Origin: Bacteroidales bacterium
Lineage (GTDB): Bacteria > Bacteroidota > Bacteroidia > Bacteroidales > WCHB1-69
DNA: 64,000 nucleotides
Reading direction: 5' to 3'
Assembly (NCBI GenBank): GCA_017651425.1
Contig: JAGCCZ010000054.1
Coordinates: forward strand, 11,198 to 75,197
The position numbers were made by a program, and so were the translations under genes. The notes beneath the pieces are model-generated. The model was not told the origin of the DNA. It saw only the letters and a list, made by a program, of their open reading frames with translations, and did not search any database. Positions 19,249 to 28,377 of this stretch are shown here, in pieces (the stretch's first letter is position 1; each line of letters starts with the position of its first letter).

Positions 19249-20094
19249 ATGGAGATACAATCAGCAAAATTTTGGCCTCTCACCGTTTTTATCGGCCTAT
19301 CCCTATTATTCTCCACATCCTTGCGGGCACAGACGAATGTCAAGGACGCCCCTGAATTTGGCGCCCGCATATCCTTGGGCTTGGACAAGAAAATCGTCAA
19401 GGGATTGCACATCACCCTTGAAGAAGAGGCCCGTTTCGACAACAATTTCCGTGGTTTTGACCGCCTGCAGACCACGCTGGGCATTCAATACAAGGTGCAT
19501 AACAACATCAAATTAGGCTTGGGTTATGCATTCATCGCACCCTATAGTCCATCTAACTCCACCTTCAAGAATATGCGCCATCGACTAATGGCCGACATCA
19601 CAGGCACTCTGAAGATGGGCAATTGGAATCTCTCGCTCAAGGAACGTTTCCAGTGGACATACCGCATGGGCGACATAAATCTTTTCCAAAGCCCACGGAA
19701 CCTATTGGGGCTCAAGAGCCGTCTCATGCTCAAGTACAAGGGTGCACGGATTGTCGAACCTTACGTTTACGTGGAAGTTCGCAACGTTTTCAACGCGCCT
19801 GCGGTATCCGCCTATTTCGACGGCACAGACTATATGACGGAGAGCGGTGCCGTGACGAGCGACCCGGGCTGGTTCCTGACAGGCTATAACAACTGCTATG
19901 TCAACCGCGTGCGCAGCTGCCTGGGCATGGATGTCAAGATCAACAAAAAACACAGCCTGGACTTCGCCTTTCTCGCCGATTATACACGCGACAAGATCAT
20001 TGACGCCAACTCGGATGGAACCAAGCTGAAATCATACACGAAAGTGACAGGATTTATAGGAAATATTTGTGCAAGTTATGTTTTCTCATTTTAA
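19249..20094 (+). CDS. outer-membrane beta-barrel protein (DUF2490-like)
   Basis: 281 aa. Signal peptide ending LRAQ, alternating amphipathic strands and a terminal aromatic residue (...YVFSF). The family name is tentative. Confidence 0.45.
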   Translation: MEIQSAKFWPLTVFIGLSLLFSTSLRAQTNVKDAPEFGARISLGLDKKIVKGLHITLEEEARFDNNFRGFDRLQTTLGIQYKVHNNIKLGLGYAFIAPYSPSNSTFKNMRHRLMADITGTLKMGNWNLSLKERFQWTYRMGDINLFQSPRNLLGLKSRLMLKYKGARIVEPYVYVEVRNVFNAPAVSAYFDGTDYMTESGAVTSDPGWFLTGYNNCYVNRVRSCLGMDVKINKKHSLDFAFLADYTRDKIIDANSDGTKLKSYTKVTGFIGNICASYVFSF

Positions 20095-21283
20095 AAACAG
20101 GAACTACCCTGCCCTATTCACATGTTACATCGTTTGCCTATTGCTTTTGAACGGATGCAAGACAGACGAGGTGAAGAGGCTGCCCGTCATCAACATCATG
20201 ACAGAAGATGCCATTGAATGGGAGCAGAGCATCCCCTGCCTGGCAGGATATGCCACGGCGGCTGACTCTTCCACATGGCCGGGCAAGACCAAGTTCAGGG
20301 GCGGGGTCTCCTCAAAATACGGCAAGCACTCCTACTCCCTGAAGTTTGTCGATCCCCATTCCCTCTGCAACCTGCCGGCAAATCGCAGCTGGATCTTGAA
20401 TGCCAGCTACATCGACAAAACCTTCATGCGACACAAAATATGTTTTGACCTCTTCCTGCAGATGGGCAGCCACAACAATGCCCCCCTGTGCGGCTATGCC
20501 ATGGTGCAGGAAAACATGGTTCCCAAGGGATTGTACGTGGTGATGCAACGCTTGAACAAAAAAGTGCTTCGTTTAAACGAGGCAGACACCGGCGCATTGA
20601 TTTTCAAAGAACCCAAGGTTTTTTACAATGACACAGAGTTGCCCTCCCGGTCAGAGGGTGCGCAGAACTACCACGAGCAAAAATACCCTGATTTTGACCA
20701 GCAAGACAGGAATGTGGTCATGGATGAGCTACGGTCGTTCCTGCTGCACGCCTCCGATGAAGAGTTCACTAACAAAGTCGGCACCCTGTTCGACCTGAGG
20801 AACATCGCGGATTGGCATCTGTTGTTGCTCTTCACGAACAACAGCGATGGTTTGTTGAAAAACTTCTATCTCTACAAGGTGGACAGCTCCTCTCCATATC
20901 GCATTGCCATTTGGGACTATGACCACAGTTTTGGCCGAGACGGTGACAACGAGCCCAACATGCTTGAACGCATGGCAGACGAGCATCGGAACATCTTGTT
21001 TGACAGATTGCTGAAATCACCCTCATACAAGAAAGCCTTATCTGAACGATGGAAAATGTTGCGTCGCAACAACATTTTCAGCGAAGAAAACATTGCAAGG
21101 ATGATGACGGAAAACGACGCCTACATCCGCTCAGGCATCGCGGAAAACACGGCACTATGGCCTATCGACGCGCCCGATTATTTTGATGGCAGCGACTACG
21201 AAGAGGAAAAAGAGCGGATATTGCAGTATGTTCCGCTCATCCTGGACACGTTAGACAGACGTTTTGGCTATGTAAACGAATAA
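20078..21283 (+). CDS. CotH kinase-fold family lipoprotein
   Basis: ATG at 20078 gives MFSHFKNRNYPALFTCYIVCLLLLNGC (lipobox). CotH motifs NASYIDKTFMRHK, NFYLYK and WDYDHSFGRDGD. Overlaps the previous gene by 17 nt. Confidence 0.8.
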   Translation: MFSHFKNRNYPALFTCYIVCLLLLNGCKTDEVKRLPVINIMTEDAIEWEQSIPCLAGYATAADSSTWPGKTKFRGGVSSKYGKHSYSLKFVDPHSLCNLPANRSWILNASYIDKTFMRHKICFDLFLQMGSHNNAPLCGYAMVQENMVPKGLYVVMQRLNKKVLRLNEADTGALIFKEPKVFYNDTELPSRSEGAQNYHEQKYPDFDQQDRNVVMDELRSFLLHASDEEFTNKVGTLFDLRNIADWHLLLLFTNNSDGLLKNFYLYKVDSSSPYRIAIWDYDHSFGRDGDNEPNMLERMADEHRNILFDRLLKSPSYKKALSERWKMLRRNNIFSEENIARMMTENDAYIRSGIAENTALWPIDAPDYFDGSDYEEEKERILQYVPLILDTLDRRFGYVNE

Positions 21284-21347
21284 AATCGTACACACGAGTG
21301 TTGATAAATGGGAATAAGTTTACAAGTGATAATCCAAATTTTTTATG

Positions 21348-21355
21348 TATGTTTG
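21348..21355 (+). promoter_or_regulatory. Bacteroidota -7 promoter box (TATGTTTG)
   Basis: Matches TAnnTTTG, 45 nt upstream of the rocD ATG. Confidence 0.45.
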
Positions 21356-21399
21356 CACCCTCTTTTGGTAAAATATAAATCTCACTAAAATACATTATT

Positions 21400-22626
21400 A
21401 TGGTTGAAAAAATTACATCAAGTCAGCAAGCCATTGACATGGAAGCCCGTTATGGCGCTCACAACTATCATCCGTTGGACGTGGTCATCGCCCGCGGTCA
21501 AGGCCCGTTCGTTTGGGACGTGGAAGGCAAGAAATACTATGATTTCCTCTCCGCCTACTCCGCTGTCAACCAGGGTCACTGCCACCCGAAGATCATTGCA
21601 GCCATGATGGACCAGTGCCAAAAGGTTTGCCTGACCTCCCGCGCTTTCTACAACGACTGCCTTGGACCGTATGAGAAATACGTTACCGAAACCTTTGGAT
21701 ATGACAAAGTTCTCCCGATGAACTCTGGCGCCGAAGCTGACGAGACCGCCTTGAAGCTGGCCCGCCGTTGGGGTTACGACAAGAAAGGCATCCCTGAGAA
21801 CCAGGCCAAGATCATCGTCTGCGAAGGCAACTTCCATGGCCGTACCATCACCATCATTTCCCTCTCCATCGATCCCGATGCCTACGCAGGATTCGGCCCG
21901 TTCACCCCTGGATTCATCAAGATCCCGTACAACGATGTCGATGCTTTGGCCAAGGCCCTCGAAGATCCCATGGTGTGCGGTTTCCTCGTGGAACCGATCC
22001 AAGGCGAGGCTGGTGTTTATGTTCCCGATGATGGATACCTCAAAAAATGCTATGACCTCTGCAAGGCACACAACGTGCTCTTCATGGCCGATGAGGTGCA
22101 AACCGGTATCGCCCGTACCGGCAAGATGCTGGCTTGTGACCACGAAGGCGTGCGTCCTGACATCCTCATCCTCGGCAAGGCCCTCTCCGGCGGCACCATG
22201 CCTGTCTCCGCAGTCCTGGCCGACGACGACATCATGCTGAACATCAAGCCCGGTGAACACGGCTCCACCTTCGGCGGCAACCCCATCGCCTGCCGTGTCG
22301 GCATCGCAGCCCTTGAAGTGGTGAAAGAGGAAAAACTCGCCGAACGCGCTGAATACCTCGGCAAGATCTTCCGCGATGAGATGAACAAGGTCAACAGCCC
22401 GCTCATCAAACAAATCCGCGGCAAGGGTCTCCTCAACGCCGTCATCATCCAACCCACCAACGGCAAGGAAGCCTGGGATGTGTGCGTGAAGATGAAAGAA
22501 CTCGGTGTGCTCGCCAAACCGACCCACCAGCACATCATCCGCTTCGCTCCCCCATTGGTCATCAGCGAAGAGGAACTCAGAGATGCCATCTCCAAGATCA
22601 AAGAGGCCATTCTCTCCTTCGAATAA
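21400..22626 (+). CDS. rocD: ornithine--oxo-acid aminotransferase
   Basis: 408 aa. [27 protein letters not shown] and [12 protein letters not shown], with the PLP lysine region LGKALSGG. Confidence 0.9.
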   Translation: MVEKITSSQQAIDMEARYGAHNYHPLDVVIARGQGPFVWDVEGKKYYDFLSAYSAVNQGHCHPKIIAAMMDQCQKVCLTSRAFYNDCLGPYEKYVTETFGYDKVLPMNSGAEADETALKLARRWGYDKKGIPENQAKIIVCEGNFHGRTITIISLSIDPDAYAGFGPFTPGFIKIPYNDVDALAKALEDPMVCGFLVEPIQGEAGVYVPDDGYLKKCYDLCKAHNVLFMADEVQTGIARTGKMLACDHEGVRPDILILGKALSGGTMPVSAVLADDDIMLNIKPGEHGSTFGGNPIACRVGIAALEVVKEEKLAERAEYLGKIFRDEMNKVNSPLIKQIRGKGLLNAVIIQPTNGKEAWDVCVKMKELGVLAKPTHQHIIRFAPPLVISEEELRDAISKIKEAILSFE

Positions 22627-22649
22627 TCTTCAATCCACTCATAAAGAAA

Positions 22650-22677
22650 GCCCCCGGAAAATCCGAGGGCTTTTTTT
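22650..22677. terminator. rho-independent terminator shared by convergent rocD and the 199-aa gene
   Basis: gcccccgga-aaa-tccgagggc hairpin followed by T7 on the plus strand. The minus-strand reading is followed by tttcttt. Confidence 0.7.
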
Positions 22678-22679
22678 GC

Positions 22680-23279
22680 TTATATCCATTTTTGTCCGAT
22701 ATCCCAGTGCCAAGCAGTCTTGACAGAATGCTTCGTGTCTTTCAAATTGAATTCTTCTTCAACAAGGGGTATCGCTTGCGGATATTGCTCTATCCACGAG
22801 CCAACCGCGATAGTGAATTCATCACTTCTCGGGTCATAGAAAATACGTCCTCTGGGCACCATCTCGTATGCACCGGTATAGGGGCCCACACCTCCATTTT
22901 TGTATTTCTGCTTGTGGTATTCCTTCTTCCACACATCCTCGTGCATCTCCGAACATGAGACGCATCCGAACTCCGAGCGCGCATTGGGTTTCACATAGTC
23001 GGACACCCTGTGGGAACGCACGCCAAAAAGATCGTTCTTGTTGGGATCAAACCAAAAGATACCCACTTTCGGCTCCCCATCCTTGCCCCTGTTCGAGGCC
23101 ATCAGACGCATGGCCTCCTCCAACTCCTCGTCGCTAAACGGCTGCACACTACTTCCCCCGTATTGGACAGGGGGTTCAGACACACCTTCTTCCTGGCCAT
23201 GAACGCCTTTAATCTCCTCCAAGGCTTTCCGTACGGCCAATGCCACGATTCGTTGGAGTTCTTCTTCTGTAATATTCAT
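22680..23279 (-). CDS. hypothetical protein (no family recognised)
   Basis: 199-aa ORF with host-like composition, 15 nt downstream of ddh on the same strand. Features: N-terminal helix, acidic linker, then GIFWFDP...CVSCSEMHEDVW...PRGRIFYD...HWDIGQKW. Confidence 0.6.
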   Translation of the reverse strand: MNITEEELQRIVALAVRKALEEIKGVHGQEEGVSEPPVQYGGSSVQPFSDEELEEAMRLMASNRGKDGEPKVGIFWFDPNKNDLFGVRSHRVSDYVKPNARSEFGCVSCSEMHEDVWKKEYHKQKYKNGGVGPYTGAYEMVPRGRIFYDPRSDEFTIAVGSWIEQYPQAIPLVEEEFNLKDTKHSVKTAWHWDIGQKWI

Positions 23280-23294
23280 ATTGTAAAAAGATTT

Positions 23295-24155
23295 TTACAC
23301 GAGGCTGCGGATCAACTGTTCCTCATCGCCGGGGAGCAGGTAAATCGGCGGGATCTCGATCATTGTGAAAGTGCCGTAGCGTTGTTCCGCCTTCATCCGC
23401 ATGGCGGCACGGGCACACGAAACGAGCACCTGGCCCGTGAGAGCGGGGTTGTTGATCTCCATGTCGAACTCGAAGCACTGGTTGTGGGTGTCGCCGCTCA
23501 CCCCGGAGCGTGTCAAATGCACACCGTGGGCCACATTGTTGAGCGCGTCGATGGAGGGCACGGGAATAACATGCGTCTCGTCGTGGGCAAAATAGTCATC
23601 TTGCAGCAGCAGCTTCTCCACCGTGGCGAAGTCGGCACCTGCCTCCAGCTCCACATAGACCATACGGCGATGGATGCCCGTGCCAAGCGGGATGGTCATC
23701 GAGAGTGCGTCCTTCACGCCAGGGATAGCCTTGGCGGCGACCGTGTGTCCCATACTGCGGCCAGGGCCGAAGTTGGTGTAGGTGATGCCTTTGGGAGCCA
23801 GCGCGAGCAGCAGGGCGCGCACCACCGAGTCGGAGCCCGGGTCCCAGCCGGCAGCGATGACGCTGACCGCCTGATGCTCCTTAGCGACAGGGGTGAGGCG
23901 CTTGCGCAGGTCGAAGATCTGCCCGTGAATGTCAAAGCTATCCACGGTGGAGATGCCCTTGCGCAGCAGCTTCTCGGCGAACGCCGGCACCTCGCGGGTG
24001 GGCGTGCAAAGCGCGGCCACGTCGGCATCAAGCGCATCCAAGTTGTCATTGTGGTGGTAAATGCCTGCCAACTGCATGTCGTCAGCGGCCAAGACGGCCT
24101 GTTCCACGGCCTTTCCTATGTTGCCATAACCTATGATGGCGATTTTAGTCTGCAT
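23295..24155 (-). CDS. ddh: meso-diaminopimelate D-dehydrogenase
   Basis: 286 aa. IAIIGYGNIGKAV, AAGWDPGSDS, GPGRSMGHTVA and IPGVKDA match the pattern of Corynebacterium Ddh. Confidence 0.88.
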   Translation of the reverse strand: MQTKIAIIGYGNIGKAVEQAVLAADDMQLAGIYHHNDNLDALDADVAALCTPTREVPAFAEKLLRKGISTVDSFDIHGQIFDLRKRLTPVAKEHQAVSVIAAGWDPGSDSVVRALLLALAPKGITYTNFGPGRSMGHTVAAKAIPGVKDALSMTIPLGTGIHRRMVYVELEAGADFATVEKLLLQDDYFAHDETHVIPVPSIDALNNVAHGVHLTRSGVSGDTHNQCFEFDMEINNPALTGQVLVSCARAAMRMKAEQRYGTFTMIEIPPIYLLPGDEEQLIRSLV

Positions 24156-24177
24156 ATCTTATTATTTTTAAAAACCG

Positions 24178-24185
24178 CAAAGATA
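24178..24185 (-). promoter_or_regulatory. Bacteroidota -7 promoter box (TATCTTTG on minus strand)
   Basis: caaagata on the plus strand, 23 nt upstream of the ddh ATG at 24155. Confidence 0.45.
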
Positions 24186-24230
24186 CTATTTTTCTTTCTG
24201 AATAGAAAACAAGCATCCCGTTTTTTTTCA

Positions 24231-24238
24231 TATTTTTG
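24231..24238 (+). promoter_or_regulatory. Bacteroidota -7 promoter box (TATTTTTG)
   Basis: Matches TAnnTTTG, 29 nt upstream of the ATG at 24267. Confidence 0.45.
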
Positions 24239-24266
24239 CACATTATTACGATATTATTCTGAAACT

Positions 24267-25445
24267 ATGTCTGTGTATAATTTCGACGAAATCGTTCCCC
24301 GCCGCGGCACCCACTGTGTAAAACACGATATGCTCAAGCAGTTCTTCGGCACCGACGACCTCCTGCCGATGTGGGTGGCCGATATGGACTTCAAGACACC
24401 CGACTTCATCCTCGATGCCATCCGTAAACGCTGCGAACACGAGGTGCTGGGCTACACTTTTTCCTCCGACACCTACATCTGCGCCGTCATCAACTGGCTG
24501 CAGACGCATTACGGCATCACCACGCAATGGAAGAACCTCCATTTCATCCCCGGCATCGTGCAGGGCATCGCCTTCGTGCTGCAGGCCTTCACCCAGCCCG
24601 GCGACAAGGTGCTGGTCACCACGCCGGTCTATCCCCCGTTCCTCAACGTGCCCCACCGCAGCGGTCGCGTTTTTGTAAGCAGCCCGCTGCACATTGTGGA
24701 CGGCCGGTTCACCGTTGACTTCGAGGACTTTGAGGAGAAAGCCAAGGGGTGCAAAGTATTCATCCTCGCCAACCCGCACAATCCCGGCGGCAGGGTCTGG
24801 TCACTCGAGGAGCTGCGCCGTTTCGCCGAGATCTGCCACCGCCAGCACGTCTTGGTCATCGCTGACGAGATCCATGCCGACATGACCTTCGCGCCTCGCC
24901 GGCACACCTCGTTCTCCACAGTCAGTGGCGAGGCATTCCACAACTCCATCACCTTCATTGCCCCGAGCAAGACCTTCAACATGGCAGGATTAGCCTCCTC
25001 TGTAGGTTACGTTCCCGACCCGGAGATCAAGAAACAGTTCTTCGGCTTCCTGGACGCCAACGAACTCTCCTTGGGCAACATTTTCGCATACACCGCCGCC
25101 GAGGCAGCCTTCCGTCACGGCGAGGAGTGGCGGCTGCAACTGTTGGACTATCTGCAAGCAAACATTGATTTCACGGAACAATATCTCCAAAAACATCTCC
25201 CGAAAGTAACGATGATGCGTCCGGAAGCCTCCTTCCTCATCTGGATGGATTTCCGCGCGTTGGGGCTCTCCCATAAGGAATTGGTGGACAAAATGCTATA
25301 TGACGCCAAAGTCGGACTCAACAGCGGTCTTGACTACGGACCCGATGGTGAGGGCTTTATGCGGATGAATATCGGAACGCCCAAAGCCATCGTCAAAGAG
25401 GCTCTCGACCGCATCACTTCAGCTCTTTCTGCGTACGCCACATAA
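24267..25445 (+). CDS. PatB/MalY-type PLP-dependent C-S lyase (cystathionine beta-lyase family aminotransferase)
   Basis: ATG at 24267 gives MSVYNFDEIVPRRGTHCVKHD...LPMWVADMDF. PLP lysine region APSKTFNMAGL. The track ORF 23010..25445 has a spurious 5' extension that runs antisense to ddh. Confidence 0.8.
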   Translation: MSVYNFDEIVPRRGTHCVKHDMLKQFFGTDDLLPMWVADMDFKTPDFILDAIRKRCEHEVLGYTFSSDTYICAVINWLQTHYGITTQWKNLHFIPGIVQGIAFVLQAFTQPGDKVLVTTPVYPPFLNVPHRSGRVFVSSPLHIVDGRFTVDFEDFEEKAKGCKVFILANPHNPGGRVWSLEELRRFAEICHRQHVLVIADEIHADMTFAPRRHTSFSTVSGEAFHNSITFIAPSKTFNMAGLASSVGYVPDPEIKKQFFGFLDANELSLGNIFAYTAAEAAFRHGEEWRLQLLDYLQANIDFTEQYLQKHLPKVTMMRPEASFLIWMDFRALGLSHKELVDKMLYDAKVGLNSGLDYGPDGEGFMRMNIGTPKAIVKEALDRITSALSAYAT

Positions 25446-26316
25446 AGGCGAGGCCCATTGCCGAGACCACAAGACAGGAGATGACCAATGTGGTGGAACC
25501 GTGCATATCCGTGAAGCGCATATTGTCAACGTCAATACCACGCCCCATTAACGTGTATGAAACGATTATGGAGAGTGCATTGTGCAAGAAATGAGCCAAT
25601 ATGGGCAACCAGAGGGAGCGGCTCCAATAGAACAGATAACCCAAATAGGCCCCGAGCAGCAGGCGTGGGATAAATCCGTAGAACTGCAAATGTATTGTGC
25701 TGAACACCAACGCCGTGATCCAAATGGCCAAATGCGGTTTGTTCCATTGTTTGGTCAACAGCGACTGCAGTGTCCCCCGGAAAAGGAACTCTTCGCAAAC
25801 GGCAGGGATAAGAGCTAATGCAATGACGTTAAAACACAGCGTGGCGTAGGAATGGTCCTTCACAAGGGTCTCCGTCACCTTGCCCATCAGCTCCTCCATC
25901 TGCGTCATCCAAGTCTCCACGCCCGACATCCATTCGGGAAGATGCATTGCGGCGTTCCATTGCTCCAGAATGGCCACCAACGGCAGCAATGTAATGGAAA
26001 GCACCAGCACCGTATTGGCCAACAGATGGTGAGGGCTCCGATTCGCAGCAGTATAGTTCAACCATCGTCCATCTTGAAGAAAAGAGAACACGAGGGCTGG
26101 GCAGAGAAACATCCCTATGGAGCCAAATGATTGAGTTAGGCGGAGATAGGCGGCAGGATTACTGGCCGACTCAAAGTCCATCGTGTGAAATGCCGCGTAT
26201 GCCACCAACTGGCCGAGCGCGTTGAAAATGATGCCCCCAACAAGTATGAGCATAACCAGTACGACAAGTTGGATGATGAAATTCTTCCCTTCCAGAAGGG
26301 GACGGTTGTATTTCAT
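25414..26316 (-). CDS. CPBP-family (CAAX) intramembrane glutamic endopeptidase
   Basis: 300 aa, polytopic. Signature EEFLFRGTLQ, plus later FSTIHL and HFLHN motifs. Confidence 0.8.
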   Translation of the reverse strand: MKYNRPLLEGKNFIIQLVVLVMLILVGGIIFNALGQLVAYAAFHTMDFESASNPAAYLRLTQSFGSIGMFLCPALVFSFLQDGRWLNYTAANRSPHHLLANTVLVLSITLLPLVAILEQWNAAMHLPEWMSGVETWMTQMEELMGKVTETLVKDHSYATLCFNVIALALIPAVCEEFLFRGTLQSLLTKQWNKPHLAIWITALVFSTIHLQFYGFIPRLLLGAYLGYLFYWSRSLWLPILAHFLHNALSIIVSYTLMGRGIDVDNMRFTDMHGSTTLVISCLVVSAMGLAFMWRTQKELK

Positions 26317-26346
26317 AGAGTTATATAAATAGGTATGGCAACTACA

Positions 26347-28131
26347 CTATTTCACGAAGGCGATGACATCGCCCTTTTTGACCTTGTCGCCCTGCTGTGC
26401 AATGACCTCGATAAGTTTGCCGTTGAACAGAGAGTGGACCTCCTCCTGGCCGTAGTAGGCGGCGACGAAGCATACAATATCACCCTCCTTCAGAGTGGTG
26501 CCGATGGGCTTTGCCATTGATTTCTCATCCACGGAGAGTTCCCATATCACCTGTCCGGACACGGGAGCCACGATCATTTTTGCTTTCGGTTCCGTGGCAA
26601 GCACGCGGTCGATGGCCGTCTTCTTGATTTCCTCGGGCAGATTTTTCTCGCTGCCGCCCTTGTCCTCGACTTTAATCTTAGCCTTGGCAAGCGCCTCGAT
26701 GAAATTCTTCTTCGCCCTACCCTCTTTATAATCAATATACTGACGCTCGTGCATGGCAAATTCAAAGAGCTCCTCGTCGTCTTTTCCGCAATCCCAGCCA
26801 CGCTCTTTCATCATTTCGCGGTACTTGGGCAGCTCGTCGGGATAGTTGTCCTGGGGCACGCCGGTAAAGAACTCGTAGCCCTTGGACTTGGCAAGCTCCA
26901 CGATTTCCGGAGCGAGTTCACCGGGCAGGCGGCCGCAGCGACCGAGGATCATATCCCACATGTTTTTGTCCATATTGGAGTAGCGAGGCTTGCCTTGGGC
27001 TTCGGCGAGGATGTTCATCAGGGCAATGTTTTTCACATACTGGCTGAAGGGAGTCACCAGACCGGGGGTGCCGACGCGCGGCCACACATACTGAACTTCG
27101 TCGAACAACTTCACGAGCAGCTCGTCTTCGGAAAGTTCTTTCTTGCCGGCATTGCGCAACGAGAGGTTTATGGCGTCTTTCAGACCCTTGAGGTCAGCCA
27201 TCATAGAGCCCATCATACCGCCGGGCAGGCCGCAGCCGAGCAACAAGGAAGTACAAATCTTGTTCTTGGGTTCAATGAAATAGCCGAGGAAGTCGTCAAT
27301 GAACTTCTGGGTCAAGGAGCGAGCTTCCATATAGGCACTCATGTTGATGTCGGGTACCTCGAAGCCGGCATCGCGCAGCATAGCCTGCACGGAGATGACA
27401 TCGGGATGCACCATACCCCATGAGAGGGGTTCCATCGCCACATCGATGATGTCGGCGCCGTTCTTGCAAACCTCCAGCACGGAGGCCATTGAGAGGCCTG
27501 GACCGGTGTGGCCGTGGTACTGGACAAATATATGGGGATACTTCTCCTTGATACGGCGGGTGAGCTCGCCCAGCATCACCGGGCGTCCGATGCCGGCCAT
27601 GTCCTTCAGGCCGATCTCCTTTGCGCCGTATTCCACATACTTGTCCACAATTTCCATATAGTGTTCAATGGTATGGACGGGGGAATATGTGATGCTCAGG
27701 GCCGCCTGCGGGATCAGGCCGAACTCGTTGGCATATTTGATGGAAAGCTCCAAGTTGCGGTAATCATTGAGACCGCAGAAGGAACGCACGACATCCACCC
27801 CCTGCGCCTTCTTGACCTTGAACATCAGTCGGCGCACGTCAGCGGGCACAGGGTACATCCGCAGTCCGTTGAGTCCGCGTTCCAGCATCTGGGTCTGTAT
27901 GTGGGCCTCGCGGAAAGGTTTCGTCCACTCGCGCACCGCCGTGTTGGGGTTCTCGCCATAGAGCAGGTTCACCTGCTCAAAGGCTCCGCCGTTAGTCTCC
28001 ACACGCGCGAAGCAACCCATCTTCACAATCACAGGAGCAATCTCCTTCAACTGGTCCACGCGGGGCTGATATTTGCCCGACGATTGCCACATGTCGCGGT
28101 AAACCAAACAGAATCTTATCCTCTTTTTCAT
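26347..28131 (-). CDS. oxaloacetate decarboxylase alpha / transcarboxylase-5S-type carboxyltransferase with C-terminal biotinyl-like domain
   Basis: 594 aa. HMGL-like TIM barrel (FARVETNGGAFEQV, VQYHGHTGPG), a conserved middle region and a C-terminal hybrid-barrel domain of about 70 aa (APVSGQV...KKGDVIAFVK). Confidence 0.8.
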   Translation of the reverse strand: MKKRIRFCLVYRDMWQSSGKYQPRVDQLKEIAPVIVKMGCFARVETNGGAFEQVNLLYGENPNTAVREWTKPFREAHIQTQMLERGLNGLRMYPVPADVRRLMFKVKKAQGVDVVRSFCGLNDYRNLELSIKYANEFGLIPQAALSITYSPVHTIEHYMEIVDKYVEYGAKEIGLKDMAGIGRPVMLGELTRRIKEKYPHIFVQYHGHTGPGLSMASVLEVCKNGADIIDVAMEPLSWGMVHPDVISVQAMLRDAGFEVPDINMSAYMEARSLTQKFIDDFLGYFIEPKNKICTSLLLGCGLPGGMMGSMMADLKGLKDAINLSLRNAGKKELSEDELLVKLFDEVQYVWPRVGTPGLVTPFSQYVKNIALMNILAEAQGKPRYSNMDKNMWDMILGRCGRLPGELAPEIVELAKSKGYEFFTGVPQDNYPDELPKYREMMKERGWDCGKDDEELFEFAMHERQYIDYKEGRAKKNFIEALAKAKIKVEDKGGSEKNLPEEIKKTAIDRVLATEPKAKMIVAPVSGQVIWELSVDEKSMAKPIGTTLKEGDIVCFVAAYYGQEEVHSLFNGKLIEVIAQQGDKVKKGDVIAFVK

Positions 28132-28192
28132 AACTTTATCATTTATTAATCAGATACTTATACAATAACTAACTCACATTTTCGCGAGCGCG

Positions 28193-28200
28193 CAAAGGTA
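28193..28200 (-). promoter_or_regulatory. Bacteroidota -7 promoter box (TACCTTTG on minus strand)
   Basis: caaaggta on the plus strand, 62 nt upstream of the ATG at 28131. Confidence 0.45.
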
Positions 28201-28347
28201 CAATTTTAATTTCAATAAAACACCTGTGCCAACAATCTAAACAACCAAAATAAAAAGGAAAGAAGAACATAAATCAGAAAAAACATGGAGCACTGTATAA
28301 TTCCATGCCAAGAATAAAATCGCATGAAAATCACTTTCAAAAAATTG

Positions 28348-28355
28348 TATATTTG
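28348..28355 (+). promoter_or_regulatory. Bacteroidota -7 promoter box (TATATTTG)
   Basis: Matches TAnnTTTG, 23 nt upstream of the ATG at 28378. Confidence 0.45.
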
Positions 28356-28377
28356 CACCGTCATAAAACATACGCCC

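Noticed and set aside
21418-22533. 371-aa minus-strand ORF
   Set aside because: It is antisense to rocD, a clear class III aminotransferase.
23010-24266. 5' part of the 811-aa track ORF 23010..25445
   Set aside because: This part is antisense to the 199-aa gene and to ddh. The recognisable C-S lyase sequence begins at the ATG at 24267, just downstream of a -7 box.
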